DNA of 64,000 bases from Phaeosaccion multiseriatum (lineage: Eukaryota > Protista > Ochrophyta, other classes): positions 186,001-250,000 of the forward strand of contig OZ218962.1 in NCBI GenBank assembly GCA_965112735.1. The letters are read 5' to 3'. The notes under the pieces were generated by a model. The model saw nothing but the letters and a program-made list of their open reading frames with translations, had not been told where the DNA came from and did no database searches. A program made the position numbers and the translations under genes. This document shows, in pieces, positions 36,001 to 48,421 of the stretch (position 1 is its first letter; each line of letters starts with the position of its first letter).

Positions 36001-37914
36001 CTGTGGTCTGCTGGCCTCTCTTTGCCCTGCTTGGCCTTCCACAGGGCTTCGAGCCTTTCGTGCTGCCCCTCTTCCTCGAGGGCTCTGTGCGCAACATGAA
36101 GGTACGTGAGGGGAAGGGGTCGAGAATGTCGAGAATGTCAAGAATGTCGAGAATGTCGAGAATGGCAGCATATGGCACGATGAGAATTCATTCGATCTCT
36201 GACATGACGTGTCGATGGAGGCCTTTCCCTCCTCCCTTCCTCCCCCCCTCCCTTTCTCCCTCGCTCTCTCTCCCCCTCCTCCCTTCCTCCCTCGCTCTCT
36301 CTCCCCCTCCTCCCTTGCTCCCTCGCTCTCTCTCCCTCTCCCTCCCTTGCTCCCTCGCTCTCTCTCCCTCCCCCTCCCTCTTGCTGTGCTGAAGTGCGCC
36401 TCCTTCCTCGCTCTTGCGAGTCATTCCATTCTTGTTCCTTACGCGTAATGCCTCGGCCCTTTCTGTAACCACCATACCACCAACGCCTGTACGTGCCTCA
36501 CGACAGGTGCTGGACACCATCGACGAGAAGCGCGAGCTGTTCGAGACCACCAAGGCGGGCCCCCTGTACGACAAGATCCTGGCCATGTACAAGATTAGCG
36601 AGAACTTGGGGGAGACGACCTTCGAGATTGGCCGAGTGCAGGGCTTCTCGCCGGGCTGGCTGGAGAACGAGTCGAGTGAGTAGAGGGGGGTGATGCGGAG
36701 AGGAGAGGAGGGGAGGGGAGGGGAGGGCAGGCAGGGGAGGAGCGGTGGGGGAGGGGAGGGGAGGGGAGGGGAGGGGAGATAAATTCATGTGGGGCATTTA
36801 TGTTGACTGACGGCACGCTCCTCCTCCTCCCCCTCCTCCTCCTCCTCCTCCTCCTCCTCCTCCTCCTCCTCCTCCCTCCTCCCTCCCTCCCCCCCCCCTT
36901 CCCTTCCCTGCCTCCTCCCCCCCCCTTCTAGTCTGGCTGCACATGTCCTACAAGTGGTACTTGGAGATTCTCAAGGCAGGTCTCTTTGAGGAGTTCTGGA
37001 ACGAGGTGTCCACAGGCGTCGTGGTCTTCATGAACCCCGAGATCTACGGCCGCTCGCCTCTTGAGTGCTCCAGCTTCCTCGCCTCCAGCAGGTTAGTATG
37101 TGAGCGAGGTTGGGTCACGAGGTTGGGTCTCACCCTCCCTCGCTCCCTCCCTCCCTCCTTCCCACTCACGCACTCCCTCCCCTCCCCTCCCCTCCCCTGC
37201 CCTGCCCATCCACTGCCATCGCCCTCCCGAACTGCAGATACATGGACTCCTCCCTGTGGGGCGGCGGTTTCGTGTCCCGCCTGTCCGGCTCCACTTCGGA
37301 GTTCATGAGCATGTACAACTTGATGATGTACGGCCCCACCCCCTTCACCACCAACGCCAAGGGACAGCTCCAGCTCCAGCTGGTGCCGGCCCTGCCCGGT
37401 TGGTTGTTCAAGGAGGACGGCACGCTGACCTTTACCTTCCTGGGCATGGTCAATGTCACATACCACAACCCAAGCGGGGTAAGTTGGGCTGGCTGCTGCT
37501 GTATCACCAACTGCTGCTGCTGCTGAGGATGGGGCTGGGGAGGGGAATGGATGGAAGGAGAGGGGGAGGAGGGGAGAGCAGAGCAGAGCAGAGCGGAACG
37601 TCTTCCTGTTTTTCTGTCCTTTGATTTGCAGCCAATCCAATCAGTCCATCCACGGGAAGGGCTGAAACGGAATTCCCTCCCTCTCCTTTTGGTTGTACAT
37701 ACTTAACCTCGCCATCTTATCTCTCCACTGCCATTCCCATCCACTGCCATCCCCCCCTTCTCAGAGGGACACGTGGGAGGACTCAATGGAAGTGCTGCGC
37801 ATCTCTATGGACGACGAAGAGGAGGTCAGGGGATGGGAGCACGTCACTCACGACGCCGCTCAGAGGATTCGAGAGGGGCTCATCAGGAACCTCGACGTCT
37901 TCTACAGGGCCTAA
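25861..37914 (+). CDS. GH161-family beta-1,3-glucan phosphorylase with an N-terminal membrane anchor (~25 exons)
   Basis: Spliced motifs [25 protein letters not shown]...FG...EFEPANLAY...[50 protein letters not shown]|[50 protein letters not shown]|[20 protein letters not shown] and [13 protein letters not shown] match my recollection of GH161 (GH94/GH149-related) phosphorylases. Hydrophobic segment [15 protein letters not shown] at ~25996-26040. Confidence 0.88.
31735..32210. repeat. 23-bp minisatellite (TACACCTCTACTCTTCCTCCCCA)n, intronic
   Basis: About 20 slightly variant units running up to the splice acceptor at ~32212. Confidence 0.9.
34063..34385. repeat. 23-bp minisatellite (TTAGAGGCATACGAGGAGACAGA)n, intronic
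   Basis: About 14 units directly after a splice donor. Confidence 0.9.
34465..34972. repeat. 24-bp minisatellite (GGGGGGCACTGACTTAAGTGACTT)n, intronic
   Basis: About 21 near-identical contiguous units with no spacers. Confidence 0.95.
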
Positions 37915-38647
37915 GCAGTTGGTGATACAGGGCCCAAGCAGGGCCCAAGAGCCGTTTAGTGCCTCGGCGGGGGGGAGGGAAGGAAGGAGGGAGAACACAA
38001 GAGGCCGGGCCTCTCCCTTCTCCTTCCCGTCCTCCTTCCTTCCACCGACCATCCCTCCTTGATGCATGACCCAAGCGGTCATTGAGTGCAGTGCCGTGCC
38101 GTGCCGTGGCGTGCAGTGCAGCACTGCCTTGGGACTGACGTGAAGTTGTAGTGAGGGGAGGGAGGGGCGAAGAAGCGACTTTTGGAACTGTCTCGTTTTC
38201 GTGTGTCCTTGGACGAGCGAGGGCAGGGGGGAGGGGAGAGAAGAAAAGACTACCACACACCACACACACACCACACACACATTACGACCACAGTACGACA
38301 CAGTACGAGTGCCAGCTTGATCACAGGCATATGGGCAGGCGTACATGTGTGGGCAGAAGTAAGCACAGTTTTGCATCGATTTTAAAGTTTAATCCGAAGA
38401 GTGGATCACGTGTATCATGTCTTGCTTCAAGTTGATGGCCATTGCTTCAAGTTGATCAAGTTGAGTGGTCATTGGTCCGATCCTTTTGCTCGGACTCTTG
38501 AGCTGATGGTTCAGGGGGAGATTAGGGGAGGGGAGGAGGGTTGGGTCACAGGGAGGCGAGCAGCCCCTCTTTGAGCTCTGCTGTATCACCAACTCCTACT
38601 CCAGCTGCTGCTGCTGTTGCTGCTGCTGCTGCTACTGCTGCTACTCC

Positions 38648-38684
<37 letters not shown>

Positions 38685-38704
38685 ACTCCTGCTGCTGCTA
38701 CTCC

Positions 38705-38735
<31 letters not shown>

Positions 38736-39149
38736 ACTCCTGCTGCTGCTGTTGCTGGCGCTTGTCTCTGTCTCTCTGCTCGGTGGCCCCTTGCTCTCCA
38801 AGCCTTCAAGCCGTGTATCGGTGTTGACTGGATTGTGCGGCATGATTGTAGCCTCGATAGATACACCACACCGCTCACTGCCTTGCACACCGCACACCGG
38901 GATGCTCTACCACAGGCAGCGTTGGTCCCGTCTCGTGCACTGCTGCTGCTGTCCTGGTTATCCTCTTGCTGACCCTGTGCTGACCTTGTGCTGACCTTGT
39001 CCTTTCGATTCGTCGCATCGGCTGCTGTTGCTCTTACTGTTGCTGTTGCTGTTGCTGGCGTGACAAGCACCGCCAGCAGGCAAGCAGCAGACAGCGTGCG
39101 TCGCCGCATGGCCGAGTCATTGGCAGTCGCAGACATGGACCGCAGGCCA

Positions 39150-39195
<46 letters not shown>

Positions 39196-39504
39196 CAGGA
39201 CTTGCACCGCATGGCCGATGGCAGCAGACAGCAGCAGGGAGGGCCTTTGCCTCCTTGTGTGCTGTGGCGCTCCTTCCTTGCAAAGGGCTCCCCTCCCTGC
39301 AAAGGGCTCCCCTCCCTGGGGCCCTTTGGGCTCCCCCACGCGCCGCACTCTGAGCGAGTGACCCCTCCCACTCGCCACACACACACACACGGCGGGGCGG
39401 AGGGGCGGAGGGGAGGGGCTGCTGCTGGGGGAGGGGATAAAAGGCGGCAAGGCGCTAAGCTTAGCTGGCCCAAGGCCGAGGGCTCAAGGCCGAGGGCCGA
39501 GGGC

Positions 39505-39632
39505 TCAACAAGACTGGAGGCTGAACAAGGCTGGAGGCTCAACAAGACTGGAGGCTCAACAAGGCTGGAGGCTGAACAAGGCTGGAGGCTGAACAAGGCT
39601 GGAGGCTGAACAAGGCTGGAGGCTGAACAAGG
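39505..39632. repeat. 17-bp tandem repeat (GGCTGGAGGCTGAACAA)n
   Basis: About 7 units with CTC/CTG variants. Confidence 0.85.
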
Positions 39633-40067
39633 CCGGAGCTCGGTGCGTCGCGGTCCGCGGGGAGAGCTTGTCCCTCGATATTCACTCCAGAGTACTCAGT
39701 TCGAAGGCCCCCACCGTCCACTGAGGGACAGAGAGAGAGAGAGAGAAAGCAGATGCACTCCACGCCCCTCCGTCACATATGGCAGCAACGAGCGCTCTCT
39801 GTCGTGATGAACGACTCCAAGCGGCAGGGCAAGGGGCAGCAAACAGAGCACTGCCCTCTGATGGCAGCAGATGCCAGGCCCTCCTCCTGCTCCTCCTCCT
39901 GCTCCTCCTCCTCCTCCTCCTCCTCCTCCTCCTCCTCCTCCTCCTCCTCCTCCTCCTCCTCCTCCTCCTCCTCCTTCTCGTGCTGCCCGCTCCTCCCCCG
40001 CCCCCTTGGACCCCCTCCCACGACAGCTCCTTCCACCCCTCCTTCCCTCCTTCCCTCCATCCACCCT

Positions 40068-43000
40068 CTACCTCCTCACTAAGGGCTGCATGCTGGGGTT
40101 GTGGTTCACGGCCCTCCTCCCCCCCACTACTGTGGCTGGGGGCTTGGCCGCGAAGCACCAATCCCATGGTCCCTCTTGACTGACTCTCTGCACCTCCTCC
40201 TCCGTGAACTCGAGTACGGTGGCGATGACGCGTATGAGGTGTCTCCTCTCGCTGCAGCCCGAGGCCAAACTCATGTACTTTACCATCTGGGGCGGGAAGC
40301 AATTTCATTCCAGTCCAGTCCATCAGAGAGGGTGAGAGAGAAAGGGGGGAGGGGCGAACGAACGAGCGAGAGAGAGAGAGAGAGGGGGAGAGAGAAAGAG
40401 CGGGACGCCGAACGAGGTAGGGAGGGGAGGAGGCAATCATGAGTCATGGATGTGAGGGCGAGGAAACGAAGGAGGTGCGAGTGATTCTGACTTGTTTCAG
40501 TTGTAGTACAGTATCCCCCTCTCTTGATGCCCCTTGACGTCACTTGACGTCACTTACGAACGAAGGCAACCCATCAACTCACCACGTTCTTGAGGTATTC
40601 CATGTTGACTCCTTCGCGGCGCTGAATGCTCCCCAGCTCGCCAAGCTGCTCCATCATGCTGGCCTGGAGAGGCGAGAGCAGAGCAAGCAAGGGGACAGCA
40701 GGAGGGAGTGGGCGAGGGATTGAGGGGGGGTGACTGCTGACTGCTTCCGGAGTATTCCTTACCTTCTCCCTTGCTTGCTCTTCAAGCTCCTGCCTGAGCT
40801 CGAGTAGCGTCTGTTGAGCACTTCGGAGCTCTTCCTCCCTGAGCGATAAGCGACAGATACGTCAATTTGAAGCGGCGACAAGCGATAAGTCAATGAAATG
40901 AAGAGGCCATCGTCATGTGTTTGGGCAATCGTCAATCACACGCACGGAGCCACCATAAGGGAGAGGGAAGGGGAAGGGGAGGGGGAAGGGGAGGGGGAAG
41001 GGGAAGGGGAGAGGGAAGGGGAAGGGGAAGGGGAAGGGGAAGGGGAAGGGGAAGGGGGAGGGGAAGGGGAAGGGGAAGGGGAAGGGGAAGGGGAAGGGGA
41101 AGGGGAAGGGGGAGGGGAAGGGGAAGGGAAGGGGAAGGGGAATTGGGTGACCTCGAGTTACAAGGGAGAGGCAGGGGGGGGGGGGGGGGGGATGGTTGGC
41201 CTCATACAGCAATATCCCCCACGCCTCAGGACTAAAGGTGGGTTTAGTATCACTTCCTCTGCCCCCCCCCCCTTCCTCCTTCTCCTCCTCTGCCAAGGCC
41301 CCCTCCTCCTCCTACTAATACTACTGCTGTATCACCAACCGGCCAATGACGTACCTCATTTCTGACAGCTGCTGCAGGCCCGCCCCCCTCTGCGCCTGAG
41401 CGGCGGCGAGCTCCATGATCTTGCGGTCAGAGTGCCCCCCTGATGCCACCTGAGAGGGAGAGGGAGAGGGAGAAGGAGAGGGAGAGGGAGAGGGAGGAAG
41501 GGGGAGGGGAAGAAAGATGGAGGGACAGAGGTGAGACAGGGCAGGCGCAAGAAAGACAGATGGGGAGAGAGGACGAGAGAGAAAGGGAGATGAGGAGAGA
41601 AGGGAGGGGGGAGAGAGAGAGAGGTGGAGAGAGGGGGAGACATAGGTACGGTGCAAGAGAGGAACGGTGAGAGATGGAGAAAGAGAGGGTGGGGGGGGGG
41701 AGAGAGAGGGAGAGAGAAGGGAGGGGGGCAGAGAGAGGGAGGGAGGGAGAGAGGGAGGGAGGGAGAGATGAAGCACCCACCTCTGCCTCCAGCACGTTAA
41801 GTTTGGCGGTGAGGGCCCCGACTTGCTTCTCCCTCTCGTCCAGCATGCGCCTCGCCAGGGAAGCTTTCTTGGAGCTTTCCTTGGTGACCTCCGACAAGCG
41901 CTGCTCGTGCTCACTGATGGGATGAGGGGGGGAGGGAGGGAGAGAGAAAGGGCGAAGAAGACATACGGAAATGCAGAGAGAGAGAAGGGGGGGGGGGGGG
42001 GGGGGGGGAGAGGAGTGAGAGAGACACAGGTGGAGAGAGACGGAGGAAGGGAAAGGGGGAGAGTGGGAAAGGGGCAAGGGGGAGAGAGGGAGAGATGCAG
42101 AGGCGAAGGGATGCAGACACAGACAGAGAGAGGCAGAGAGACAAGAGAGAGAGGCAGAGAGGGAGACAGAGAGAGAGGCAGAGAGGGAGACAGAGAGAGG
42201 TAGAGAGGGAGAGAGAGAGAGAGAGAGAGGTGGAGAGGGAGACAGAGAGGGAGACAGAGAGAGGGGTGGAGAGGGAGGCAGAGAGGGAGACAGAGAGGCA
42301 GAGAGGGAGACAGAGAGAGAGGCAGAGAGGGAGACAGAGAGGGAGACAGAGAGAGAGGCAGAGAGGGAGACAGAGAGAGAGGCAGAGAGGGAGACAGAGA
42401 GGCAGAGAGGGAGACAGAGAGAGACGCAGAGAGGGAGACAGAGAGGGAGACAGAGAGGGAGACAGAGAGAGAGGCAGAGAGGGAGACAGAGAGAGAGGCA
42501 GAGAGAGGGAGACAGAGAGAGAGGCAGAGAGGGAGACAGAGAGAGAGGCAGAGAGGGAGACAGAGAGGCAGAGAGAGGGAGACAGAGAGAGAGGCAGAGA
42601 GGGAGACAGAGAGGGAGACAGAGAGAGAGGCAGAGAGGAAGACAGAGGGAGACAGAGAGAGGTAGAGAGGGAGACAGAGAGAGACAGAGAGGGAGGTAGA
42701 GAGAGGGAGACAGAGAGGGAGACAGACAAGAGGCACAGAGACAGAGAGTGCACGGGTGGCGGTGGATGGACCGCTTCGTTCGTTCTCTGGCGCCCTCCTT
42801 GCACGCACACGTGTGAAGCGCTTAAAGCGTACCTCTTACGTAAGCGTACCTCTTTAAGCGCTGCACCTCCTCCCTTCGTGCCTTGCCCTCCTCGGCCCTT
42901 CCCCTCTCTGCCTCCTCTTGTATGGCCAGCTGCCGCTGCTGCTGCTCCTTCTGCTGCTTGCTGAGCTCCTGCTGCCTCGCGGAGAGGGCCGTGGCCTCTG

Positions 43001-46000
43001 CCCTGAGGCCCTTGTTGAGGCTCTGAAGCTCCTCAACCTTGGGGGGTGGGTAGGGGGTGGGGGGGAGGGTGCGAGCCTTTGGAGGCAGACCCATACACCT
43101 CTAAAAGGAGCAGAGAAACAAAAGCCCACTCACCCACTGACTTAACCACATCCGCCCAACCATCCACGCACCCACACACACATACACACGCACACACACA
43201 CGCACACACACACACACACACACACACGCACGCACACACGCACACACACACACACACACACAGACACACACACACACACACACACTTTCATTGACATACA
43301 CACACACACCTTGTCCTCCAGAGAGGCGATGAGGGCAACTCTGTCTCCGTACTGCTGAGCAGCGTCAAGCTTCTCCGCCTAAGTCATTAAGCGGGTGGGG
43401 AGAGGCGTTGTCATGAGGGGGGAAGGGGTTCTATTGAAATATAGGAAAGAACGTAAGAAAAGAGGAGGAGGGGGGGGGGGAGTGGGCGAATAAGGAAGCA
43501 CCGAGCTTGTTGCTGACATATGGAGAGCTTTTGCTGACATATGGAGAGCTTTTGCTGACATATCGACCGACAGACCTTGAGGCGCGTCTCGTTCCCGTCC
43601 TTCTCCACGAGCAGGCTCCTGAGCTCCTCCGCCTGAGTCAAGGGAGGTTACGTAGCATTACATAAGATTAGAGAAGAATGCGTGTGCGCGTGTGCACACC
43701 TACCATCCACTGAGTCAACATCACAAAGCACCCACCCCCCCCCCAGAAGCACATGACCACAAATGGCGCAAGAGCAGCGAAGTGCCAAGTGCGGTACATG
43801 TACGTACGTAACAACGTAAGTACGGTACATACGCCATCGTACCTGCTTGCGGTAGTCGTCTGCCCTGTTGGCCGTATCCGCGAGACCGGCCTGCGCAGTC
43901 GTCACCTCTTTCTCTAAGGCCTCGCACCGTGCCGCCTGGGGGGGGGGGGGGATGGCAATTGATGTACGTCACATGGGCACGACCTCCAGGGAAAGTGAAG
44001 CACCAGAATCACACGCACACACACACGCGCACACGCACACACACAAGCGCACACGCACACACACACATGCATGCTTACACACACGCGCACACACACGTGC
44101 ACACCCACACACACGACCGCCCGCGCTCCCCTCCTCTCCCTCCCTCCCCTGTGCCCACCTTGGGCCTGAGCGTAGCGACCTCCCCCCTCAGTCCCTGCAG
44201 CTCCTCGTGCTCCTCCCTCTGCTGTACCACCAACTGCTGCAGCTTGGTCTCCGCCCTCCCCGCCCTCTGCTTAAAATCCTCCCTCTGCCCGAGGGCGGTG
44301 TCGAGCTGCTGCTTCATTTCCTCTGCCGCCGCCGCCACAAGCTTGGCATCTTGCGCCTCCTGTTTGGGGGGGGTGGGACACCCAATCACACACACATCAC
44401 GTATCACACACGTCATACGGAGGCAAGGGGCAAGGGGAAGGTGTTAGAGGCGTATGTGAAGCAAGTGAGCACGTATATATGTGTGTGTGCGTGCGTGCGT
44501 GCGTCAGTACCGCTAGTCATACGTACCACGTACGTAATGACATGAAGCGCACATCACATCACATGACATTTGATGAAAGCAATCCGCCACATGGTATGGC
44601 TTGGCCTCTTTCTCCACTCTCGCCTCTGCGCTGTCTCCTCTCTCTCTCCCCTCGCTGTCTCCCCCCTCTTCCCCCTCCCCCCCACCCCCCTCCTCCCTCG
44701 TCTCTCATGTCTCACCTTTGTCCGCAGGGTGATTTCCGCTTTGGCATTCTCCTCGGCCTTGACAGCGTTGCGCACCTGAGGGGCTCAAGTATCGACCTCG
44801 ACATTGTAAGTGGATGTCGATTCTTTTGCTCGATCGACCTCACATTGTCCTCTCCAACACACGCCCCCCCACACCCCTCCCTACACACACACACATACAC
44901 ACACGCACACACGCACACACACACACACACACACACATACACACACGCACACACGCACACACGCACACACACACGCACACACACACATACGCACACACAC
45001 GCACACACACGCACACGCACACACACCCACACACACACATACACACGCACACACACACATACACCCACCTGCATCTGCATGGCAATGAGTTGATCCTCTC
45101 CTCTCGAGGCCAAAGCCTTGCTCTCCTCACGCAGCTCTTCCGCCTGCCAGGCCCAGGGGGCACAGGGGTCCCCAGGGGGGCACAGGGGTCCCCAGGGTGG
45201 CGTGCGGCGGACGGAAAGAAAGCAACGAGGCACCAGCGGGGCGGGGGGGCAACTTAAGTTCTTGTCACTCCTCTCTCTCTCTCCCTCCCTGGAAGGCCAA
45301 GCGAGCGCTCTGAAGGACTTCCTCTCACAGCCCCCCCACTGCCCCACTACCCCCTCGCCCCATCCACTGCCATCCCCACCTCCCCATCCACTGCCATCCC
45401 CCCCTCCCACCTCCCACCTACCTGTGCAGCGGCCTGCGCGAGGTCCTCCTGCGCTGCCTCCAGCCTGTCTCTCAGGGCAAGAGTCGCCTTTGCCTCAGCC
45501 TTGGCCTTGGCAGAGGAGAGGGACAGCTCCTGCTGGGACAGGTCAGCGGCGCGGAGCATGCGTCTGGCCGGCCCGTGCGTACGGTGGGGGGAGTGGGGGA
45601 GGGGAGGGGAGGGGAGGGGAGGGGAGGGGGTGATATGAGGCTGTGCAGAGAAGGGTCGGACAACGGACAAGCAATGGGAGTGTGTGTGTGTGCGTGAGTG
45701 CGCATAGCTGTGTTGTGCTGTGCTGTGCTGTGGGTAGCACCAACTGCTGAACTGTACTGTCTTACCCTCGCTCGCTCTGGAGACCTTCGATGTCCTTCTC
45801 CAATTTGACAACCTGTGAGGTGTAAGGATGATAGTGTATGGGAGGGAGGGAGGGAGGGAGGGAGAGAGGGAGGAAGGTGCTAAGAGAGCGGTTGAAGAGA
45901 GAGCGAAGGAAGTGAGGAGGATGGCGAGAGAGCGGGATGAAGAGAGAGAGAGAGAGATGAAGAGAGGGGCTTGAGGCCGAGGTGGATGAAGAGGAGGGTT

Positions 46001-46438
46001 CTTTGAGCCGTGATCCAATACCGTGCCGTGCTAACCTCCTTCCTAAGGCCCGCAACAAGCGCCTTGTCCTCTGACGAGCCGCCAAGGGTGCCTGAAGCCG
46101 CTCGGTCAAGAGTTGGCGGCTGTATCGCCAACTGCTGTGGTTGCTTCTGCTGGTCACTGTGAGCGGGGCTCTCCCTCTCACTGCTGCTCTCCTGCTCTAG
46201 TGGCGGTGCCGCTGGTGGCTGTATCACCAACTGTTCCTCCTGTCCCTCTGTTGGCGGCGACTGCTGCTGGCCGACGGCCTCTCGACTGGCCTGCCGCTCT
46301 TGCTGCTCCTGGTGCCGCAATTGCTGAGCGCCAAGCGAAGACAAGGTCACCAGGCACCACCAGGCACCACCCACAGGGTGCAGCACAGAGGGAGGGAAGG
46401 GGAGGGGAATGAGCGGCAGAGCGGGGCAGGTGCGCAGC

Positions 46439-46481
<43 letters not shown>

Positions 46482-47817
46482 CGTAAGGCCCTCACCTGCT
46501 CCGCCTCGAGCTTGGCTTGAAGCTCTCGAACCTCCCTCCGCCAGCGGCTCTCCACCTTATGCACCTACAAATCGTACGTAAGGGTCACCATAAGGGTCCA
46601 CATAAGGGTCTAGATTGGGCCCGGCCACTTTTGGCTCGAAACACCGGGAGCGGGGGCCGGATGCATACGGCAGCACACAGGCACAAAGGCAGGGAAGGGA
46701 AGGGCCCTGCACTCGCTCACGCACGCACGCACGCACGAACGCACTCACTCACGCACGCACTCACCCACTTTCTTACCTCAGCGTCCTTTGCCCTGACGGC
46801 CTCCTGGTAGCTCTGCTGCAGCTCGCGGATCAGGCTGTTGCGCTCGGCGTCCTTCTTGCGCCACGACGAGCGCAATTGGCTCACATCCTCTGGGCCTGGG
46901 CCTGCAGCTCCCACGCCTGCTCCTCCTTCTCCTCCTACTGCTGCTGCTGCTGCTGCTGTATCACCAGCTGCTTCTGCTGCTGCGTGCTGCCCATCGGGGT
47001 GAGCTTCAAACTGGAGCCCCATGTCCACGGAAACCTCATTGGCGAACTCCAGCAGCGCCTTCTTCTCCAGGAGGACCTGGGAGGGGGGGGGGGTGGCAGT
47101 GGAAGGAGGGGGGATAGCAGTGGATACAAGGCCGCGGCCGGAGAGAGGCGCACACACATACGTGCGTCAATGGCAGGGCCAAAAACCGCCCGCACCGAAT
47201 GCGTTGGAGCATACTGTACACAGAGGTTGCAAGGTGCTTCTGACTCAATGCTTCCTTCTTGGAGCACTGCCATGATCATGACACGAGCATTCACCAGCAG
47301 CAAAATAACGTCTCCCCATTCCTCCTCCTCCTCCTCCTCCTCCTCCCCCCAACCTTCTTGTGCACTGCGGCAAGCTGCGTGCTCCTGGCCTCGAGGGCTT
47401 TGAGCCTCTTGCTGCTCTTCATCACCAGCCCGAGCAGGTCCTCCCGACTGATGTCCTCGTGGCTCTTGCCAGCCAAGACCGGCCCGCTGCCCAGCCCCTC
47501 GGAGATGGCACCCGAGCCCCCACGAACTGAGCCGGAGCCCCCCCCTCCTCCTCCTGCTGCTGCTGCTCCTCCTGCTGCTGCTCCTCCTCCTGCTCCAGCA
47601 GCCGCAGCCGTCGCAGCTTCTCGGCTACAGGGAGAAGGAGAGGGGTAAGGGACGGGGGGGCGGTGGGTGCCAGGGCATGGGTTGGTCAAATGGGGGAACG
47701 CCCCTAAATCACTCACCCTTGCTGCACCTTCTGCACGAGGTTGCCGATGTCTGACCCCATCCTCGACAGGCCCATGTTGGCTCGCTGGAGGATGTCTTCC
47801 TTCTTGAAGGGGTTCAT
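40068..47817 (-). CDS. GRIP-domain golgin (trans-Golgi coiled-coil tether, GCC88/golgin-97-like), multi-exon
   Basis: Starts [17 protein letters not shown] at 47817, with many coiled-coil exons. C-terminal GRIP: [12 protein letters not shown]|[34 protein letters not shown]. The 3' end is approximate. Confidence 0.8.
40960..41140. repeat. (GAAGGG)n hexanucleotide tract, intronic
   Basis: Visible array. Confidence 0.9.
41940..42745. repeat. ~800-bp polypurine (AG-rich; GAGAGGCA/GAGGGAGACA units) tract in a golgin intron
   Basis: Visible; it produces the spurious SLSL and ERER ORFs. Confidence 0.9.
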
Positions 47818-48421
47818 GGCTGCCGCTCGCTGTTGCTGGTGCCTTCCCTCCTCCCTCCCAGGGCTTTCCCTTTCTATGCCTTGTGATACCTGCGGTGCTT
47901 GTCGCCTGTCCCCAAGGGGATTTCAGGACCTCAGTAGGCACCCGTGTCCGTCCTCGTTGCCCTACCCCTTACGAGTGCCGGCAGAGGCATCTTTCTGTCC
48001 TTGTCCTTCTGATTATTTCCTCTTTCCCCCTCCCTCTTTATCCTTGGCCCAGCGCCGCCACACCTGCTGCAGCAACAAACCCTTTCGCCGCCGCGCTTTC
48101 CCCTTCGGCAACCACAACGTTGTGTTGCTTTTGCAGCCTGCTCCTCTTCTGTGTGTAAACAAATCTCCTCAGCAGCACGAAGGACGTGAGGAGACATTAA
48201 GTGCCATCTGTTGCTTTGAACTCTGCTATGAAAAATTGGGTAATAAACACAATTCACAAATTCACAAGAGACAGGAGAGATTATACACACATACAGGTGG
48301 ATGTATCGTCAAACCCCAGTCCCCTATCTTGCTGTCTTGCTTTCTTGCTGTCTTGATTGAATGCCATCGCTCTGCGATTAGGTTCGGGGCAGGGGGGGGG
48401 GCTTTTAATTGAGGAGGGGCA

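Noticed and set aside
41321-42964. Long SLS/ERE-rich ORFs (495, 299 and 289 aa)
   Set aside because: They are translations of an intronic AG tract; only short embedded golgin exons are real.
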